Assembly: GCA_964016885.1 (NCBI GenBank)
Contig: OZ024746.1
Span: 40,796,001 to 40,860,000 of the forward strand
DNA length: 64,000 nt
Source of the DNA: Eledone cirrhosa
Lineage: Eukaryota
Direction of reading: 5' to 3'
Position numbers and translations under genes: made by a program. The notes beneath the pieces are model-generated. The model worked only from the letters and a program-made list of their open reading frames with translations, was not told the DNA's origin and did not search any database. Of this stretch, positions 26,826-41,560 are shown in pieces; the stretch's first letter is position 1, and each line of letters begins with the position of its first letter.

Positions 26826-29800
26826 AAAATATAAGAATAAATACAAATACCGAAAAGCTTTGCTGGTTGCATCATAGTCAACCAGTCTTTACGTACACAC
26901 ACAATGTGGATTTCATGAAATCCAAAGTCCCAACACAGCAACCAAGCTTTATGACGATATTCAATGATACACGTGATCGTTGTCAATCTTAATCCTGCCT
27001 GATTTTTATTTGTATTTAACATAATTCGCTTATGTTAGGACATAGTGTATAATGCAATATCTTCTAACTAAGTAAGATATACGGTATATATATATATATA
27101 TACAGCTTTAACCTAGTATTATTTATTGCGTTGCTTGAATAAAAGTGCACTCTTCCAACTATAAATACATATCAGCACAAGATGTAACCGAAAGTGCATA
27201 AATATCTCTATATAAATTTGAGCCACTTCAGTCCGTCCCACAATGTGTATGTGTGTGTTTTTGTGAATGTATGTCTGTAAGTATGTATTTTTGTAAGGGT
27301 GTCTGTTTACGCGTTTATAGTTATATACTCATACATATAAATGTATGCATATGCGCATATACACACGCACACATATTAATATACGCGTCAGCGTGTTGAA
27401 AAAAAATTCTAGTATAAATAAAAGACTCTGAAATATATATAAGTAAATATGACTTATGTTCTAACGTATTTCGGACAAAAAAAGTGAATGGTCTGGCTCA
27501 AGTTTCTACTGTAATTGGAGTCCAATTAAATTCATAACTGGAGTTGGATCGTTAAAATTTTTTTTTGATCAGCGGAGAAATACTTTTTTAAAAAAAGACA
27601 TGTTTACATATGCCAGTCTATTTATTTACATATTGACGTAGCTTCGGTTACATCTTGTACAGGTATGCATTTATACTTGGAACAGCATTTTTTTTTTAAT
27701 GACATGTCTGATATATATAATAAAATGTTAATGGTGAGGTAGTTAATTAATCCATTGCTTTACAACCGTTTCAGAGAGTACACTTACCAATCTGCAGACC
27801 AATCAACGGCAGTTATGCAATTCCATGACATTAGCCTTGAAAAAGCACATCCATTCTGCTGTCTATCCTCAAAAACAAATCATATATAGTATCTATTATT
27901 TACAAGGTTCTTTCATAAAAGTAAAAACGATGGTAGACCTGATCTCATTAGATCTTTTATGTTTTGAATTTCCTCTGAGGTTAAAATTAATTCAACTATA
28001 ATCCTTATTTGTGTGAAGGCACGTGGTTTAGTGGTTGGAGAGTTAGAAAAAAAAAACTAGCACCTAGTCCTGAAAATTTGTGTAAGCCGCTTCGTGTAAC
28101 GAAATTTGGTTGCCCTGCTTCTTCTAAGTGATTCGGTATGTGTACAGATGAATATCAGTCAATCTTTAAAGTCGTTGATAAAAGAGACTTTAGTCAGATA
28201 GATGTCAACTTCGTAGATTAGCCGACATTTTCTACTGAAATATTCATCCTATTATACACAGAAATGAGCCCGGGTAGTCGTCGTTATCAAACAATATTAT
28301 CAACATTAACACAAAATATGTCGAGATATACACAAGAAAGGTTAGTGTAAGGCTATAAAGTATAGAAAGAATGTCAAGAAATATACACATCTTGATGAAT
28401 TAGTAAAGATGTTGGCCTCAGCACGGAACGAAAAATCTCAGCACGGAACGAAAAATAAGAGATAACTGATTTCGCACACGATATGTTAGATATGTTACTG
28501 ATAACAGATAGCGAATTCAGAGAATAAAAATATGAGGTAGCGGGGCGTGTTGGTGAAGTGAATGAAGTGAAACGAAAGACATGGCACCAATACAGGACAG
28601 CTTTTCTCCCTAGACGACAATATTGAATAGAATTAATGCGGTTAGTGTGAAGTTAAAACAGTTGGAAATTATCCGCTGATGGACATAGAGAGGAAATTTG
28701 CGATATGCTAGTTTAATAATGGTATTAGAGGATACATGACTTGTTTCAACAGTGTCGGCAGAGTAATGTAGAGTATCTCTTTTGATCTGCAGTCATAACT
28801 CAAAGAATGGGATCAGTTGATAGCAAGATACGGTCACACACACATAATGAATTAAATATGTGGCTGCCTGTGCTTTAGTAACATTTTCTCGTCGTTTCTA
28901 CATCTCAGAAACAAAACAATTGAGACCAAACAATATAATTCAGTCGTTGAGTGTTTGTATGCGAATACTGAGATTGAAACTGGGCTTCAAAATTGTAAGA
29001 ATGGAATATTGTCGATTTCTTCCTTCTCTGGGTACACTACCAGTGTTTATTATGTATATACACCAAGTGTCGAACTCAAGGGCTCAAAAGGGCCATTATG
29101 TCCTGGAGGAGAGGCACAACAGACCAAAAATGAGATGAAGTGGGGGAGCATGATTTTCACTAGTTATAATGCTAATCTGCAATACAACTGATAGGTTGCT
29201 ATTTCTTTTTCATCAAAATTAATGCGCATAATATAGCAAGTAGAATATAGCAATTAATGTAAAATGTAGAGGGAGGGGGGCTAAAATTGTTTATGTGGGA
29301 TTTTGATAAACGCACTCAGAAACCGAAAAATCAGAAATCCTCGCCTTGCACCCAGCAAATTAGAACACACACACTAACGTACACACATACATATGCGCGT
29401 GTCACTTCGATTATTCGTTCTGCTTATTTCCTGTGGCCTCAAAAGGCAAATCCATGAAGATTTTCTGATATTCAGTATTAGTTAAAGACTAGAAAGAATG
29501 TAAATTAAAGGGTTTAATGGATCGAGTCAATGATATTTGCCTCCAAAATGAAAAGAAACACTAGTTGGTTAGATTTTTTTTTCTCCCCAAGTTAATTAAG
29601 TGGAAACAAAGGCGATCATTAACGACAATACGAACCATTATTACCATTTGAAAAGCATTCTAAAGCTATTTATACTGGCGTTTACAGTATCTGATTGAAT
29701 GGTGACAATAATACGATAGATCGTTACTGGAGAAAAGGGAAATGAAGGATATGAACATTATAATAATCATAAATAAAACAGAAAAGATAAACAAGTGTGT

Positions 29801-30136
29801 GTGTGTGTGTGCGCGCGCGCGCCGGAGGCAAGGCCATGTTGCAGTCAAGAAAACTGCCTATCAGAATAATCGTTGATGTAATTAAGGCTTAGGGCATAAA
29901 AGCTACAAGACGTGATTAACTTCAATGAAAAGGTATCCATTGCGACTTTCTCGTTAATTATCATTTTCGATCTCACTCAAAAGACTTGATGTTGAAACTT
30001 GTTGAACTTCTATTTCAGATGTCTTTCAACTGATACAATGCTGGTTACCTCCTTCAATCCCTTTAATACACCAATGAATACCTTATCGATCCAAATGCCT
30101 TCTATAATGTCTTCTTATAAATATTATTATTGACAA

Positions 30137-30787
30137 ATTCCGCTTTGAGTTCAAATCCTACCCAGGTTAACTTTGCCTTTCATCCTTATAGGGTCGATAA
30201 AATAAAGTACCAGTGATGCACTGGGGTCAATTAAACTTTCCCCTCCCCCCACACAAAAAATGGTTGGACTTATGCCTAAATCAGAAACCATTATTATTTC
30301 TCGGTGGATTGGCAGTATCGGTAGAGGGTCGGACGTCATGCGTTGACGCATAGAGTTACGGTTCTTTCCATTCTGAGTTCAAATCCCGCCGAGGTCAACT
30401 TTGCCTTTCATCCTTACGGGGGCGATAAAATAAAGTACCAGTAATGTACTGGGTAATTGCTGGCCTTGTGCCAAAAGTAGAAACAATTATTATTTCTTTC
30501 ATAGTTTTATGCAAGTTTCTACTACATCACATGATACACCTCCATGTCCCTGGGGTGTATGCAGCATAGTGTTTTTATTTTTGTGATGTGAATGAGCGGA
30601 GTATAGACTCTTCATGTTAGTGTACTACATCATCTTTGTTTTGTAATGGAGTTTAGCTTATTTCATGTTTATTATTATTATTACGATAAAATAAAGTACC
30701 AGTAACGCACTAGGGTCGGGTTAATCGACTTTCCCCTCCCTCCAAATTGTTGGTCTTGTGTCTAAATCAGAAACCATTATTATTATT
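30137..30787 (+). mobile_element. SINE family 1 cluster (30137-30298, 30303-30495, 30683-30787)
   Basis: Same head, central domain and AGAAACCATTATT tail. Confidence 0.88.
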
Positions 30788-31175
30788 TTTGTTTACCGCA
30801 CACTTACAAAAGATGCCACGTTCTAACATTTGGTTTTGAGTATACCCTTCGAAAAGTAGTGGCCAGTCAGTCGGTTAGTATATTTATTTATCTATCTGTC
30901 TGTCTTGTCTATCTTATCTGTGCATTTATCTAGCTAGTTATCTTTATCTCATGTATCTATATATATATCTGTCTGTGTGTATGTAAAATAGAAAATAAGA
31001 AGGGGGGAGGGGGCAACGATCTATAGATAACGATCAAGAAAATAAAGGGATTTAAAGGAAGATAGAAGGAAAAGAAGAGCGAAATGTATAACAAAAAATA
31101 TCCCATAAAGAAAAACATCGATTAAAAAAATGGGAAAAAGAGGAGAGAGAAGAAAAAGATAGAAGAGAGAATGAG

Positions 31176-31176
<1 letters not shown>

Positions 31177-31270
<94 letters not shown>
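31177..31270. repeat. (TG)n microsatellite
   Basis: Seen directly. Confidence 0.97.
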
Positions 31271-31271
<1 letters not shown>

Positions 31272-31610
31272 ATGGATGGAAACCCAATATTTTTATAGCC
31301 TCTGGACTATAAATCCATGAACTGCTTCACAAAAAGTACATCTTTTCCATCAATCAGCAATGAAATTAATTATTAGAATTTTGATTCAGTAACAAATCAA
31401 ATAAAATGACTGCCGTTCGACTAAACCAGTGGATTCTGTTTGTTTTCCCCTTCAATTTTAGTGGTTGAAATAGTGGATCGATTAAAGTCTACATTTTGTA
31501 TTCATTTCAAATCATACATTTCAGCAAGCTCGAGCGACAGCTTTCATCCTACACTAGCTGGGATTGTGTTTGTGTGGTGGTGGTGAGGAGGAGGAGGAGG
31601 GGGGGGGGGG

Positions 31611-31762
31611 GGTCACAGTTAAAAAGGTACTCAATACGTTGGTGGTGAATAGACTTCTATATATAGAATTGACTTCTACAGGACTAGAACTGTTTCATTC
31701 GTATGAAATCACCAGGAATGATTTCATACGAATGAAACAGTCCTAGTCCTGTAGAAGTCATT

Positions 31763-31765
<3 letters not shown>
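31611..31765. mobile_element. Repeat family D fragment with a 47-bp fold-back (31665-31711 / 31719-31765)
   Basis: Arms are near-perfect reverse complements. Homologous to 60662-60938 and 24848-24890. Followed by (CT)n(TA)n. Confidence 0.8.
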
Positions 31766-31842
<77 letters not shown>

Positions 31843-33204
31843 GTGTGTGTGTGTGTGTGTGTGTATGTGTGTTCGCTAACATCCCACCAAGATAGTAATA
31901 CGTTATCGGCAGCATACATGCATAAACAACACCTCATGATGTCACATGAACACTTTTAATGATATACCCATTGCATAACTATGTCATTGAAATATATATA
32001 ATGCAATAAAACAATTATGTAAAAGTAACCCTGTCTTAACAACGTTTCATAAATGGAAACTCCGTCACACCTTATCAGCAACATTTGACTGGGGATACAT
32101 TACTGAGGTGAAGTGCTTTGGGATTGCTTGTCCACTTGTCCCATGTATCAGCCTACCAAGTGTGTGTGTGCGTGTGCGTGTGTGTGTGCGCGCGCGCGCG
32201 TGGAAACGGGAAAATCAAAGTTGTCAGAGAGAGAGAGCACAGACAGTGTAGCTGGATGCTAGAAAATGTTTTATCTCCTCCAAAACTGTCTTTCTTCTCT
32301 TCCACTCTCACTCTCATAGAATGTTCATTCTTCCCATATTTCTTTTGAAAAAAAAAAAAACAACACAAAATGTTTCCCCGAGTTTGGTATATCGGATTCG
32401 AAAACATTTTGTTCATGGAATATTTTTGGATAAATCTTGATATCTGGACCTAAACAACAAGTCAAGGGAGATTGGGAAATCGACAAACGTTATTGCTCAG
32501 AATCTAGCACAAGGGAATAAAAACACTAGTCTTGTATGATTCTATCGTGCTATTAATAAATAATGTAACTATGTGTTTATACTATCAGTTGTACACTGGA
32601 GATCAAAACGGGTAGCTTGCAAAAGTAAGCGAGTGAGAGGAGCAACATACCTAAAAGAGGAAGAAAAAGGCAGACATGACAGGGAGGGGGAGTAGAAAGC
32701 AATCAGTTTTATATTGATGAATTAAATTGAATTACATAAATAAACTGGAAAGACAGGTTAATGTGTAATCCAGCTTAGCCGTTTCAGCAAAAAACGAGGT
32801 GGGGTGGAAGGAGATGAAAACGCGAGCTAATGAAATGTGAAACACACAGCTAGTCAAAAGGAGGGGAGGTGATAAGGAAAATAGGGAAATATTGTGTGGG
32901 ACGAACTGTGTCAGCTTATGATCTATTTGATCGATTGATTTGTTTCATTTGCCTGTCGTTTCTCTCTTTTTAAGGTATTTATTATGTTTCTCTGGTTATT
33001 TCTACTCTTTTTACATAACATAGATGGAATTTTACTTTGATCAATTGAATATTGTTAATTAAATAAATAAATAAATACTTTGAAAATACCACTTTTAAAA
33101 CTTCCCTTTACATCAAAAGAATATATATTTAAAATATCGACGTTTTATACATTTTGCTATCCTGAGCTTCAAGCATACATAGTCTTGCTGTGGCATGACT
33201 GTGT

Positions 33205-33480
33205 GTGTAGTGTGCCTAAAAAAATCTCGAGCCCGGAGGCTCATCAGGCCGGTGTTTATCCCGGTTTCCATGGCGTTATGTGGCTGAGAGTACAAGACCC
33301 CCCCCCCCCGAATATGACGCCAGTCCATCGCAGAGTTACACCCCCAGCTACTGCTGGTATTCAATTTCAGCTGAGTATAATGGAGCAACATGAAATGAAA
33401 GTATTTTGCTGAAGAATACAACACAGTCCAATCCAGGAATCAACACCATGACATTATGATCGTTAGTCCAACACCCAAGT
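33205..33480 (-). mobile_element. tRNA-derived SINE family 3 (V/CORE-like)
   Basis: GGAGCAACATGAAATGAAAGT...TTGCTGAAG.ACACAAC block shared with 41225-41410. Confidence 0.7.
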
Positions 33481-35054
33481 CACGCACGCGTGTATATATA
33501 CGCACACTATATTATCTTAGTATATAAATATATTTCAGTTTAATATTTTTTTCCTCGTATATTCAAACCGAAATACTTCAAGACTGAAGAGAACGATAGC
33601 CAAACATTTATTTTTAACGGTCGATTGAGCAGAAACAAACTTAAACATTTTTCCAACATGGATACATAGGTGCCATATATATATCTTTTAAAACTCAAAG
33701 GTCTTCGATTATATTTATCGACAACAGTTGCTGAGTTAATAATTTCAAACTGCTCAACAAGAATAACGAAGGAATGATAAATAGAAGCACAAAGAGTGAG
33801 TAATCCTTAAGATTTTTTCACAACTACATATTCGAATGATAAAGAAGCACGTTTTTCATAACGAAATCAACAATGATTTAATTTTGAAGAAGTACTTTTT
33901 TGTTCTTGAATTTCAAGACTTAATTTTAAACGAAAATCAAATTTCGTAATCATTCGAAGATGTATTTAAATTTCTAAAAACAACAAAAATATATTACCGA
34001 GATTAAATGAAATGTCATCCACAAGAAAAGCAATAGTTAAGTTAGTATTAGCATATCTAGTGTAGTGGACAAGGAATAGCTAATTTAATTTGTAGTGTGA
34101 TATAAAAACTCTGAAGGCAGTCGACAATTGCATGACCTTGAAATAATGTATGAAGGTTGGTTTTCAAATAATTGCCGGGTTTCTACAAGGACAAACCAGA
34201 TCTCTGGTAAATAATAACACGTTCTACAACTTGTTTGTATCTCAATCAATTGTTTTAAATATAAAATAAATAAATGCAGTATTGAAAACTTTTCTCTGAA
34301 ATTTATACAATTTGTAAACATGTGTCTATCTCGCAGTGAATTGTAGTATACTGAGAATTGATTGTTTGAAACATTTTCCCAAACCCCCCAACAATTGAAT
34401 AAGCATAACAAAGAGAAGACAAATAAATGATCGCGTACTTTTAAATTGATTGACCCAGATTAAAATATGACAATGAATAAACGATGAAACCGTTAGAAAT
34501 TTAACTTACAACATTGCAATCTGTTGTCTCAGGCTTAAGTTATTTTATAGTCAGAAGAGGGAAATGACTAGGGAGAGGGTAGGAGAAAAAAATAATCGGA
34601 AATGTTAGTGATGGGGAAGGAGAATTCACTGGAAAAAAATTCTCGCGTAACAATAAAGAACTAAGAGTTTAACCACGCTTAGGAAAAAAAAAATTCCCTA
34701 TTTGCAGAAAGGAATCTAAACAAGGTTAAATGATTTAACTAAATATGCCATTTCTATTGAATATTTCAATTATAATGGTGACGATGTTGGGGGAGAGATG
34801 GTGAGAGTGGAGGTAGTGGGTGAGTTCGTCAGTTATAATGGCAGTGGGGGAGGGGGGAGAATGGTAAAAATGTTCGCTATGAATTTCTCAGTAAAACTTC
34901 TTTAAATATGTTCGCTATGAACTTGCTTGACATTGCAAATCGGTTGGCAGCAATTAAAACGATGATACTAAAAGCGATAACAACGAAACAGCTATCATAA
35001 TGAAACGAATATTTCTATTAAAATAGAAATTATTAGTATACACAGTATACCTTG

Positions 35055-35339
35055 GGGGTCCGGGGCACTTCATGTATGGGGAGCCCCACATATACAAAAA
35101 AAAAATAGAATCGACAGCAAACCCCCAATTTTACATATCAAAAGTCGGTTTGGCGCAGGTAATTGGAACTGAAAAAGTTAAACATACAGGTATTAAATTA
35201 AAAAAATCTAACTATCCTAAAACTAAAAAGAAACCAGCAAAGGGCACACATAAATTGCTACGGCTGTCGCTGGTGGGGCTCCCCACTGTAGGGGGCCCGG
35301 GGAAATTTCCCCCTTTACCCCCCATTAAATCCGGCCCTG
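35055..35339. mobile_element. hAT-like non-autonomous DNA transposon remnant
   Basis: Terminus AATCCGGCCCTG with GGGGCCC/GGGGCTCCCC subterminal motifs. Confidence 0.5.
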
Positions 35340-35859
35340 AGTATATAAGTGGATTATTATACGGTATCGTAGATACAGCCTGTAAATGATAATATCCATA
35401 GAAATTGTGGTACGTTTTCTAAACTGTCGACAGTGAAGGATTATAAAAGAAATCTTTACGTTGAGTTCAATTTCAGTCTAACTTCAACAATCTGTGTTGT
35501 GCGACTTCGGTTAAACTCTCTGTATCAATTTAAAAGGGTTTGGCTCAAATTAATATTGACAAGAGCAGTTTATCCATATTCAAAATGTAATTAACATGTG
35601 CAGTGAAGCGTTTCAGTAGAGATGCTTATCATTTTAAATATAATGTACAACGCTTAACCAGTAAGATCTTCCAGGAAACATGGGTGAAGAGATTCAAGTT
35701 CTAATCCAGCCAGCAATCTTATTCCATATACCGTTGTGACGAATGTATACTGTAAAATGTTGATAGTCTTTCAACAATCCCCCAAACAGGTCTAGTTCAA
35801 TGCCATAAAGTCATCAAACCAATACATATTTTCATCCTGTTCAGGATGTGAAATACTTG

Positions 35860-36022
35860 CAAACCTGCCAACCTCTAAAAACCTAAACGGGGAGAAATGA
35901 GGCAAAATGGGAAAATTTTACATAATGAAAGCTTTATCCCTTTTCACAAGAGAAGACATCTCTCACCCACCCCAAAGTGGGTAGGAGATCTCCCTGTCGG
36001 ACGGGGAGAGTTGACGGGTAAG
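35860..36022 (+). mobile_element. hAT-like MITE, copy 2
   Basis: Homologous to 16889-17084; flanked by TACTTG/TACTTG. Confidence 0.85.
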
Positions 36023-36032
36023 TACTTGTAAA

Positions 36033-36070
<38 letters not shown>

Positions 36071-36377
36071 CATAATTAAGAGTAAAACTTAGTGATAATT
36101 TCGTACACATTTCAACACTAACTTAAGAATTAATATCAAAACAAGTTCATAATATTTTATAAATCACCAAACGTGAAGCAGAATAACCCTCCCCTTCCTC
36201 AGAATTATACTAAATAGTTTTACGAAAATCACGTTTAGGAGTTAGCAAAAGATTGCCAGGTATTTTACAATCTTGAATCTGGTTCGTAAACAACAAAGAC
36301 ACCTCCAAAATAATAAGACACAAATACAGGGAGGTTAACAGGCAATTATAATAATTACCGAAACTGGCGTTCTACAA

Positions 36378-36791
36378 CAGAGGTTCTCAAATTCTTTGAG
36401 CCACCCCCCTCATGGCCACGTAATACCCCCAACCCTATTTCCAGAGAGACCTGCCTACACGCAAGTGTAAATAACATATAATAAATAAAATCATTAATTT
36501 ATTCGGACACCATGCTTTGTAGCATAGAGTTACGGCCCTTTATGATCTGAGTTCAAATCCCGCCGAGGTTAACTTTGTCTTTCATCCTTACGGGGTCGAT
36601 AAAATAAAGAACCAGTAATGTACTGGGATAATTGCTGGCCTTGTGCAAAAAGGAGAAACAATTTATATATAATAAATAATATATGTACCATTTGATATTT
36701 AATATACTATTATATCTCTATCCCCCACCCCACCCCACCCTTAGGCCGCAGCGCCCCCTGGGGGAGGTAGTGCCCACTTTGAGAACCTCTG
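36378..36791. mobile_element. hAT (Charlie-like) MITE with a nested SINE family 1 copy (36503-36663)
   Basis: TIR CAGAGGTTCTCAAA / TTTGAGAACCTCTG. A right-end fragment of the same family lies at about 63880-63931. Confidence 0.85.
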
Positions 36792-36929
36792 TTTTACGGT
36801 AAACACTATATCGTAGAGAGAAGGGAGACAACATTATAAAGCCGCCTAGTGTTGTCACAACGATTACGCGGATTAAATACATTTAATCCGATATTTTAGT
36901 ACGCTGATGTTTTTGCTATAGTGGACGCA

Positions 36930-37370
36930 GCATAGCTGCGAATGGTGAAGAAGTTCACTATGCAATCATTAGATCTCTGGTTCAATTCAACTGTGTGGCA
37001 TCTTGGGCAAGTGCCAGGCGGTCAACTCGTGCCTTGTGAGTGAAATTAGGTGTTTGGAACCCTGTCGGATGGACTGTACCTATAATTCAAAGGACCAGCC
37101 TTGCCGCGCTGAATCTTTGATAATTACGCTAAGAGTATTTGTCTGTGGAATGCTCAGTCACTTACACGTTAATTTAATGAACAAGTTGTTCCAGTTTTTC
37201 TTAATTTATTTGTCGTCTTTAAAAAGACCTGTATTTTCATTTGATCCTCCATTCTGACGAATTGGCAGATTAGTTAGGGCGTCGGATGAACTGCCTTGAT
37301 ATTTGTTTCGACTCACTGCATTCTGAGTTCAAATCCTGTCGAAGTCAATTTTGCTTTTCCCTTTTTCGGT
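36930..37370 (+). mobile_element. SINE family 2 (36930-37190) followed by SINE family 1 (37255-37370)
   Basis: tRNA-like heads and family-diagnostic cores. Confidence 0.7.
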
Positions 37371-37729
37371 AGTGAAATAACGGAATTATTAAAGAGTTAG
37401 ACGAGATGCTTCGCGATATCTAATCAGGCTCTGTGCATTCTGAATTGAAATCCCGTCTCCTTCTGCCAAGAGTTGTGATCGGCAGATAGTATCATCAATG
37501 GAAAGACCAATGTAAACATTATTTCTTTGGTCCCACCTGACGATTGGCCTCCTTCTTTTCCATCCAGTTTTTATATTCTGGATTACTAGAGCACTATTAA
37601 GATAAATGTCTCGAGTCGCGTACATTAAAAAGATAGGGAACGAATGATTCCAACTTATTGCCTTATAGACCGACTTCTCTGTATATTTTTCCTTATAATA
37701 ACTCTTGTATTTCTATGTAAACTCTAATC

Positions 37730-37906
37730 CAGACCTGCCCCATCATCTAAAACCCCAAACGAGGAGTACCATGAAAAAATAATGCCCCAAAACGGGGAGA
37801 AATGAGGCAAAATGGGGAGATTTTACATAATGAAAGCTATACCCGTTTTCACAAGAGAAGACATCTCTTATCCACCCCAAAGTGGGTGGGAGAGTTGACA
37901 AGTCTG
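37730..37906 (+). mobile_element. hAT-like MITE, copy 3
   Basis: Homologous to 16889-17084; flanked by CTAATC/TTAATC. Confidence 0.85.
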
Positions 37907-38324
37907 TTAATCTCAAAGAGACCTCCCCTATCATGACTAACAGTAAGAATCAAGTTAAAAATTACCTTAGTCAATATATACTAATGATATTAATAAAAAG
38001 GTGAGTTTGATTATTTCCAATGTTTTTTTTTTAATCAGGAATAATGAATGTCATGTTTAATTAATTACATATGTGGTCAATCTTATAACTAATGAGATTA
38101 ATTTACTTCAGCTGTGATGTTCACTATTGAATTGAATAACTATATAATGTTTAATGTTGAATAACTGTCAGTCAGTAATACTGTATATAGTGAACAAAAC
38201 TATATAATGTTCACCACTGAATATTTACTTAATGAAGTGTTTTGTTCTAAAACAGATGTTGATTCAATTTATCAACTGGAGCTGAAAATCCAACTGACAT
38301 ATTTATTTGTCAGCCAACAGAGTA

Positions 38325-38463
38325 AATAATAATTGTTTCTATTTTAGGCACAAGGCCAGCAATTACCCAGTACATTACTGGTACTTTATTTTATCGACCC
38401 CGTAAGGATGAAAGGCAAAGTTAACCTCGGCGGAATTTTGAACTCAGATCATAAAGGGACGTA
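38325..38463 (-). mobile_element. 5'-truncated SINE family 1
   Basis: Close match to the reverse complement of 13800-13925. Confidence 0.88.
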
Positions 38464-39254
38464 ATAAATAATAATAATATAATTTTAAAGGCACAACTTT
38501 TAAAATCTAGCTTTTTGCTGACATCTTTAAAAAGAAACACATCGAACTTTTAATCCATATTATTATCAGCTAAAAAGAATTCCTTCTCGTCAGGAATAAC
38601 ACCTCAAACTTAAAAGACATAAGATATGTTGAAGCTCGTATAAAGTAAAAAAGAAACAGGAGTGACTGGCATTATCATAGCCTATATAGTTATCGCTCTT
38701 GTTATCGAGGTTTTGCTTTTCTCTGAAAGTATTATAAAATATTGCCGAAATTATCCTTATACACAACTCCCTTAGGATTCTTAATTTAACCAAGTTCTAA
38801 AAGCGGGGTATCTCTTTTTGATAAGACTATATGTTTTATCTTCAAAAGAAGATATATACGTTATCTTCCCTTTATGAGGATAAAGCAAATAAAATACTGC
38901 CGCTTGATTTATTTTATCTTCACTTTGCTCTGAAGAACGGAAAATGACAGGTGGAGTTTCTTCATGTGAGACAGATCTCTTCAATTCTGTTAGCCTCAGA
39001 AATGTTTCTGAGATTATGAAATTTGACCCCAACCATTTCCGTTCAATTACATTTTAATTTCGTGAATTTTTACTTTTATTTTATTACTTAGTAAGGAAAT
39101 GTTTAAATATTACACATCTATTTAACATATATTAGGGTTTAGATTTTAATGTTAACTTCTAACCCATTTACCAAACTTCTTGAAACAGCCCCGAATTCTA
39201 TGGTTTTAAAGTGTTTTTATTTACCCCAAATATTTATGTCATAATTTTTATTAA

Positions 39255-39632
39255 TGAATCTTGGGTAATGATCGAAAGAAAATCAAGCGGCCGAAATTGA
39301 GTTCCTCCGAAGGGTCTTTGGAGTAACGTTACTCGATAGCGTACGTAGCTCGGAGATTAGAGAGTCGCTCCAAGTAGAGCTGCAAGTTCTCCGAATGGAG
39401 ATATCATAGCTCCGATATTCGAGGCATGTAGTTAGAATGTCTCAGGAAAGAATCGCTGGACATATTTTACGGTAAGAGCTCAAGGGTTAGATCCCCGAGC
39501 AAGATGGTTGGATAACAACCATGAGCTCAACTGGTCTCGCTTGGAGGATCCAACCGGATCAGTTGCTTCTGACAGAACCTGCTGGAAGGAGTGTTTGAGG
39601 ACTCTGCTCCCACGATCTTCTCAGGAATAAGT
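39255..39632 (+). mobile_element. RTE-clade LINE 3' fragment
   Basis: Translates as ESWVMIER...QAAEIEFLRRVFGVTLLDSVRSSEIRESLQVE...RHVVRMSQER, typical of the RTE/Expander C-terminus. Confidence 0.85.
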
Positions 39633-40869
39633 GAGAGAAGAAGAAACAGAAGGAAGAGGAAATAGATTTAGAAAACTGTTGTATGAAACTAAAAGAATCT
39701 TAGAATGGCACTGTCTGAATTTGTCCAATATGAACTTCCGGGAAACAAACCTATTACTGCCTAACGACATTTAACCCCATTTTTTTATTGATCACAATGA
39801 CAATAACAGATGTGAATCGAAAAATTCTCTAGCGTCGGTCAAATAGGTGCATTTACTCCAAGGTAGACAACTAATTTACTGGAGAATGATGAGGATGAGG
39901 AGGTGAATATATATTCTGTGAAACGATACAATATTTTATTTATAAAGTATCTTTTGGTGGTGATGGTTTTGATGATGATGATGGCCAATGGTAGTGGTAC
40001 TGATGATATTAGTAATGGTGGCGGGGTGATGATGAAGTGGAGAAGGGGAGGAGGAAGAAATAGCTGAATATGTATTGCGTATACAATAAACCATTTTGTA
40101 CATAGTTTGTTTTGATAATGATGATGATCATAAGTGGTGGTAGTAATGGTGGAGTTGATAATAACGGTTGCCTAACAACGATGATGGAGATGATCATGAC
40201 GCTGATAATTTGGTTAATATTTGTAGTAATGATGATGATGATGATAACCTTAGGATGGTGATTGTAATAGTGGAAGGTTGGGCCTCACGATGGGAGTGGT
40301 GGTTGTGGTGGTGGTGGCTGCAACGGAACAATGAACCCTTGCTATTTCCTCTCTACATCCACACATGCTGAAAACATGTGTACAGTTCAGCTGCTGGCAA
40401 TGCACACACACAGAAATTATTTCCCTTCAGATCGTTTCCGGGTATTTTCATTCTCGGTGTTGCCCCCCCCCCCCCCCCCACATGCTCTGTATTTTCTTCA
40501 ATTGAAAATGGCATTTTTCTGTAATTACCAACCCTCCCACTCATATTTCATGGTAATTAATTCAATAAACAGGCTGTTGTTTTCATTTAATAGCAACATG
40601 CTTGCACCTATCACAAATAAATGAATAAATAATATAAAAATAAAGAAATCTGTTTCTGTTGAAAAGTAAGCTACATTTCATCTATTTCTGTCAAAAAACA
40701 CGAATTTTTGTAAAACCGTTCCAAGCCATGACGAAATAGCAGAAGTAAAACAGAGTAAAACAATCTTCGTAATGAACAGGAATGATGAAGTCATGACACC
40801 AAATTTTTAATGGAACTGAGCTAGATATATATTCATGATCTTCACACACACACACACACACATTATATA

Positions 40870-41187
40870 CAGTGTGCCCCCCGGCATTCGCGGTCCCGGT
40901 TATTCGCTGAATTTTCCTCAGAACCTAACTAATAATTGTTCGTGGAAACCACCGCATATTCGCAGAATCGTAAATAACTGCTGCAATTTTTTAATGGCTT
41001 TTTCGTGGCAATATATATTTTTTCACGCTTTTTAACGCTAAATTATTAATAGCAATATATCGTATTTGCCGGCCTATATTTTACCCTATATTTTGACGTT
41101 TATAGACATTTTTATGGACCACGTCCAATATTCGCGGTTTTTTTGCTCTTCGCGGGGCTTACATTCCTAGAGCACTCGGGGGACAAC

Positions 41188-41189
<2 letters not shown>
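40870..41189. mobile_element. Tigger/pogo-like MITE
   Basis: TA-CAGTGTGCCCCCCG...CGGGGGACAACTG termini with repeated ATTCGCG subterminal motifs. Confidence 0.65.
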
Positions 41190-41222
<33 letters not shown>

Positions 41223-41224
41223 CA

Positions 41225-41560
41225 ACATGAATGGACCGGTGCAGCTTGGTACCGCTGACGTCGCAACTCATTTCTACAGCAGGGTGAATTGGAGCAACGT
41301 GAAATAAAGTGTCTTGCTGAAGGGCACAACACACCGCCCGGTTCGGGAATTGAACTCACAACCTCAGGATTGTGAATCCAACGTTCTAACCACTAAACCA
41401 CGTGTCTTCAGTACTTAATTGGTACTTTCTTTTATCGACCCTGGAAGGGTGAAAAGCAAAGTTAACCTCGGCGAGATTTGAACTGAGAATGAAAAGACCG
41501 AAACAAATACCGCAAATCATTACGCCTGACGCTCTAACGAATCTGCAAAATCCACCACCC
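41225..41560 (-). mobile_element. SINE family 3 (41225-41410) adjacent to SINE family 1 (41410-41560)
   Basis: Reverse-strand TGGTTTAGTGGTTAG A-box and GAGTTCAATTCC B-box; family 1 core. Confidence 0.8.

Noticed and set aside
28250-29190. Ancient LINE-like coding remnant
   Set aside because: The composition is suggestive, but no diagnostic motif could be read. The same applies to 38580-39030 and 49940-50470.
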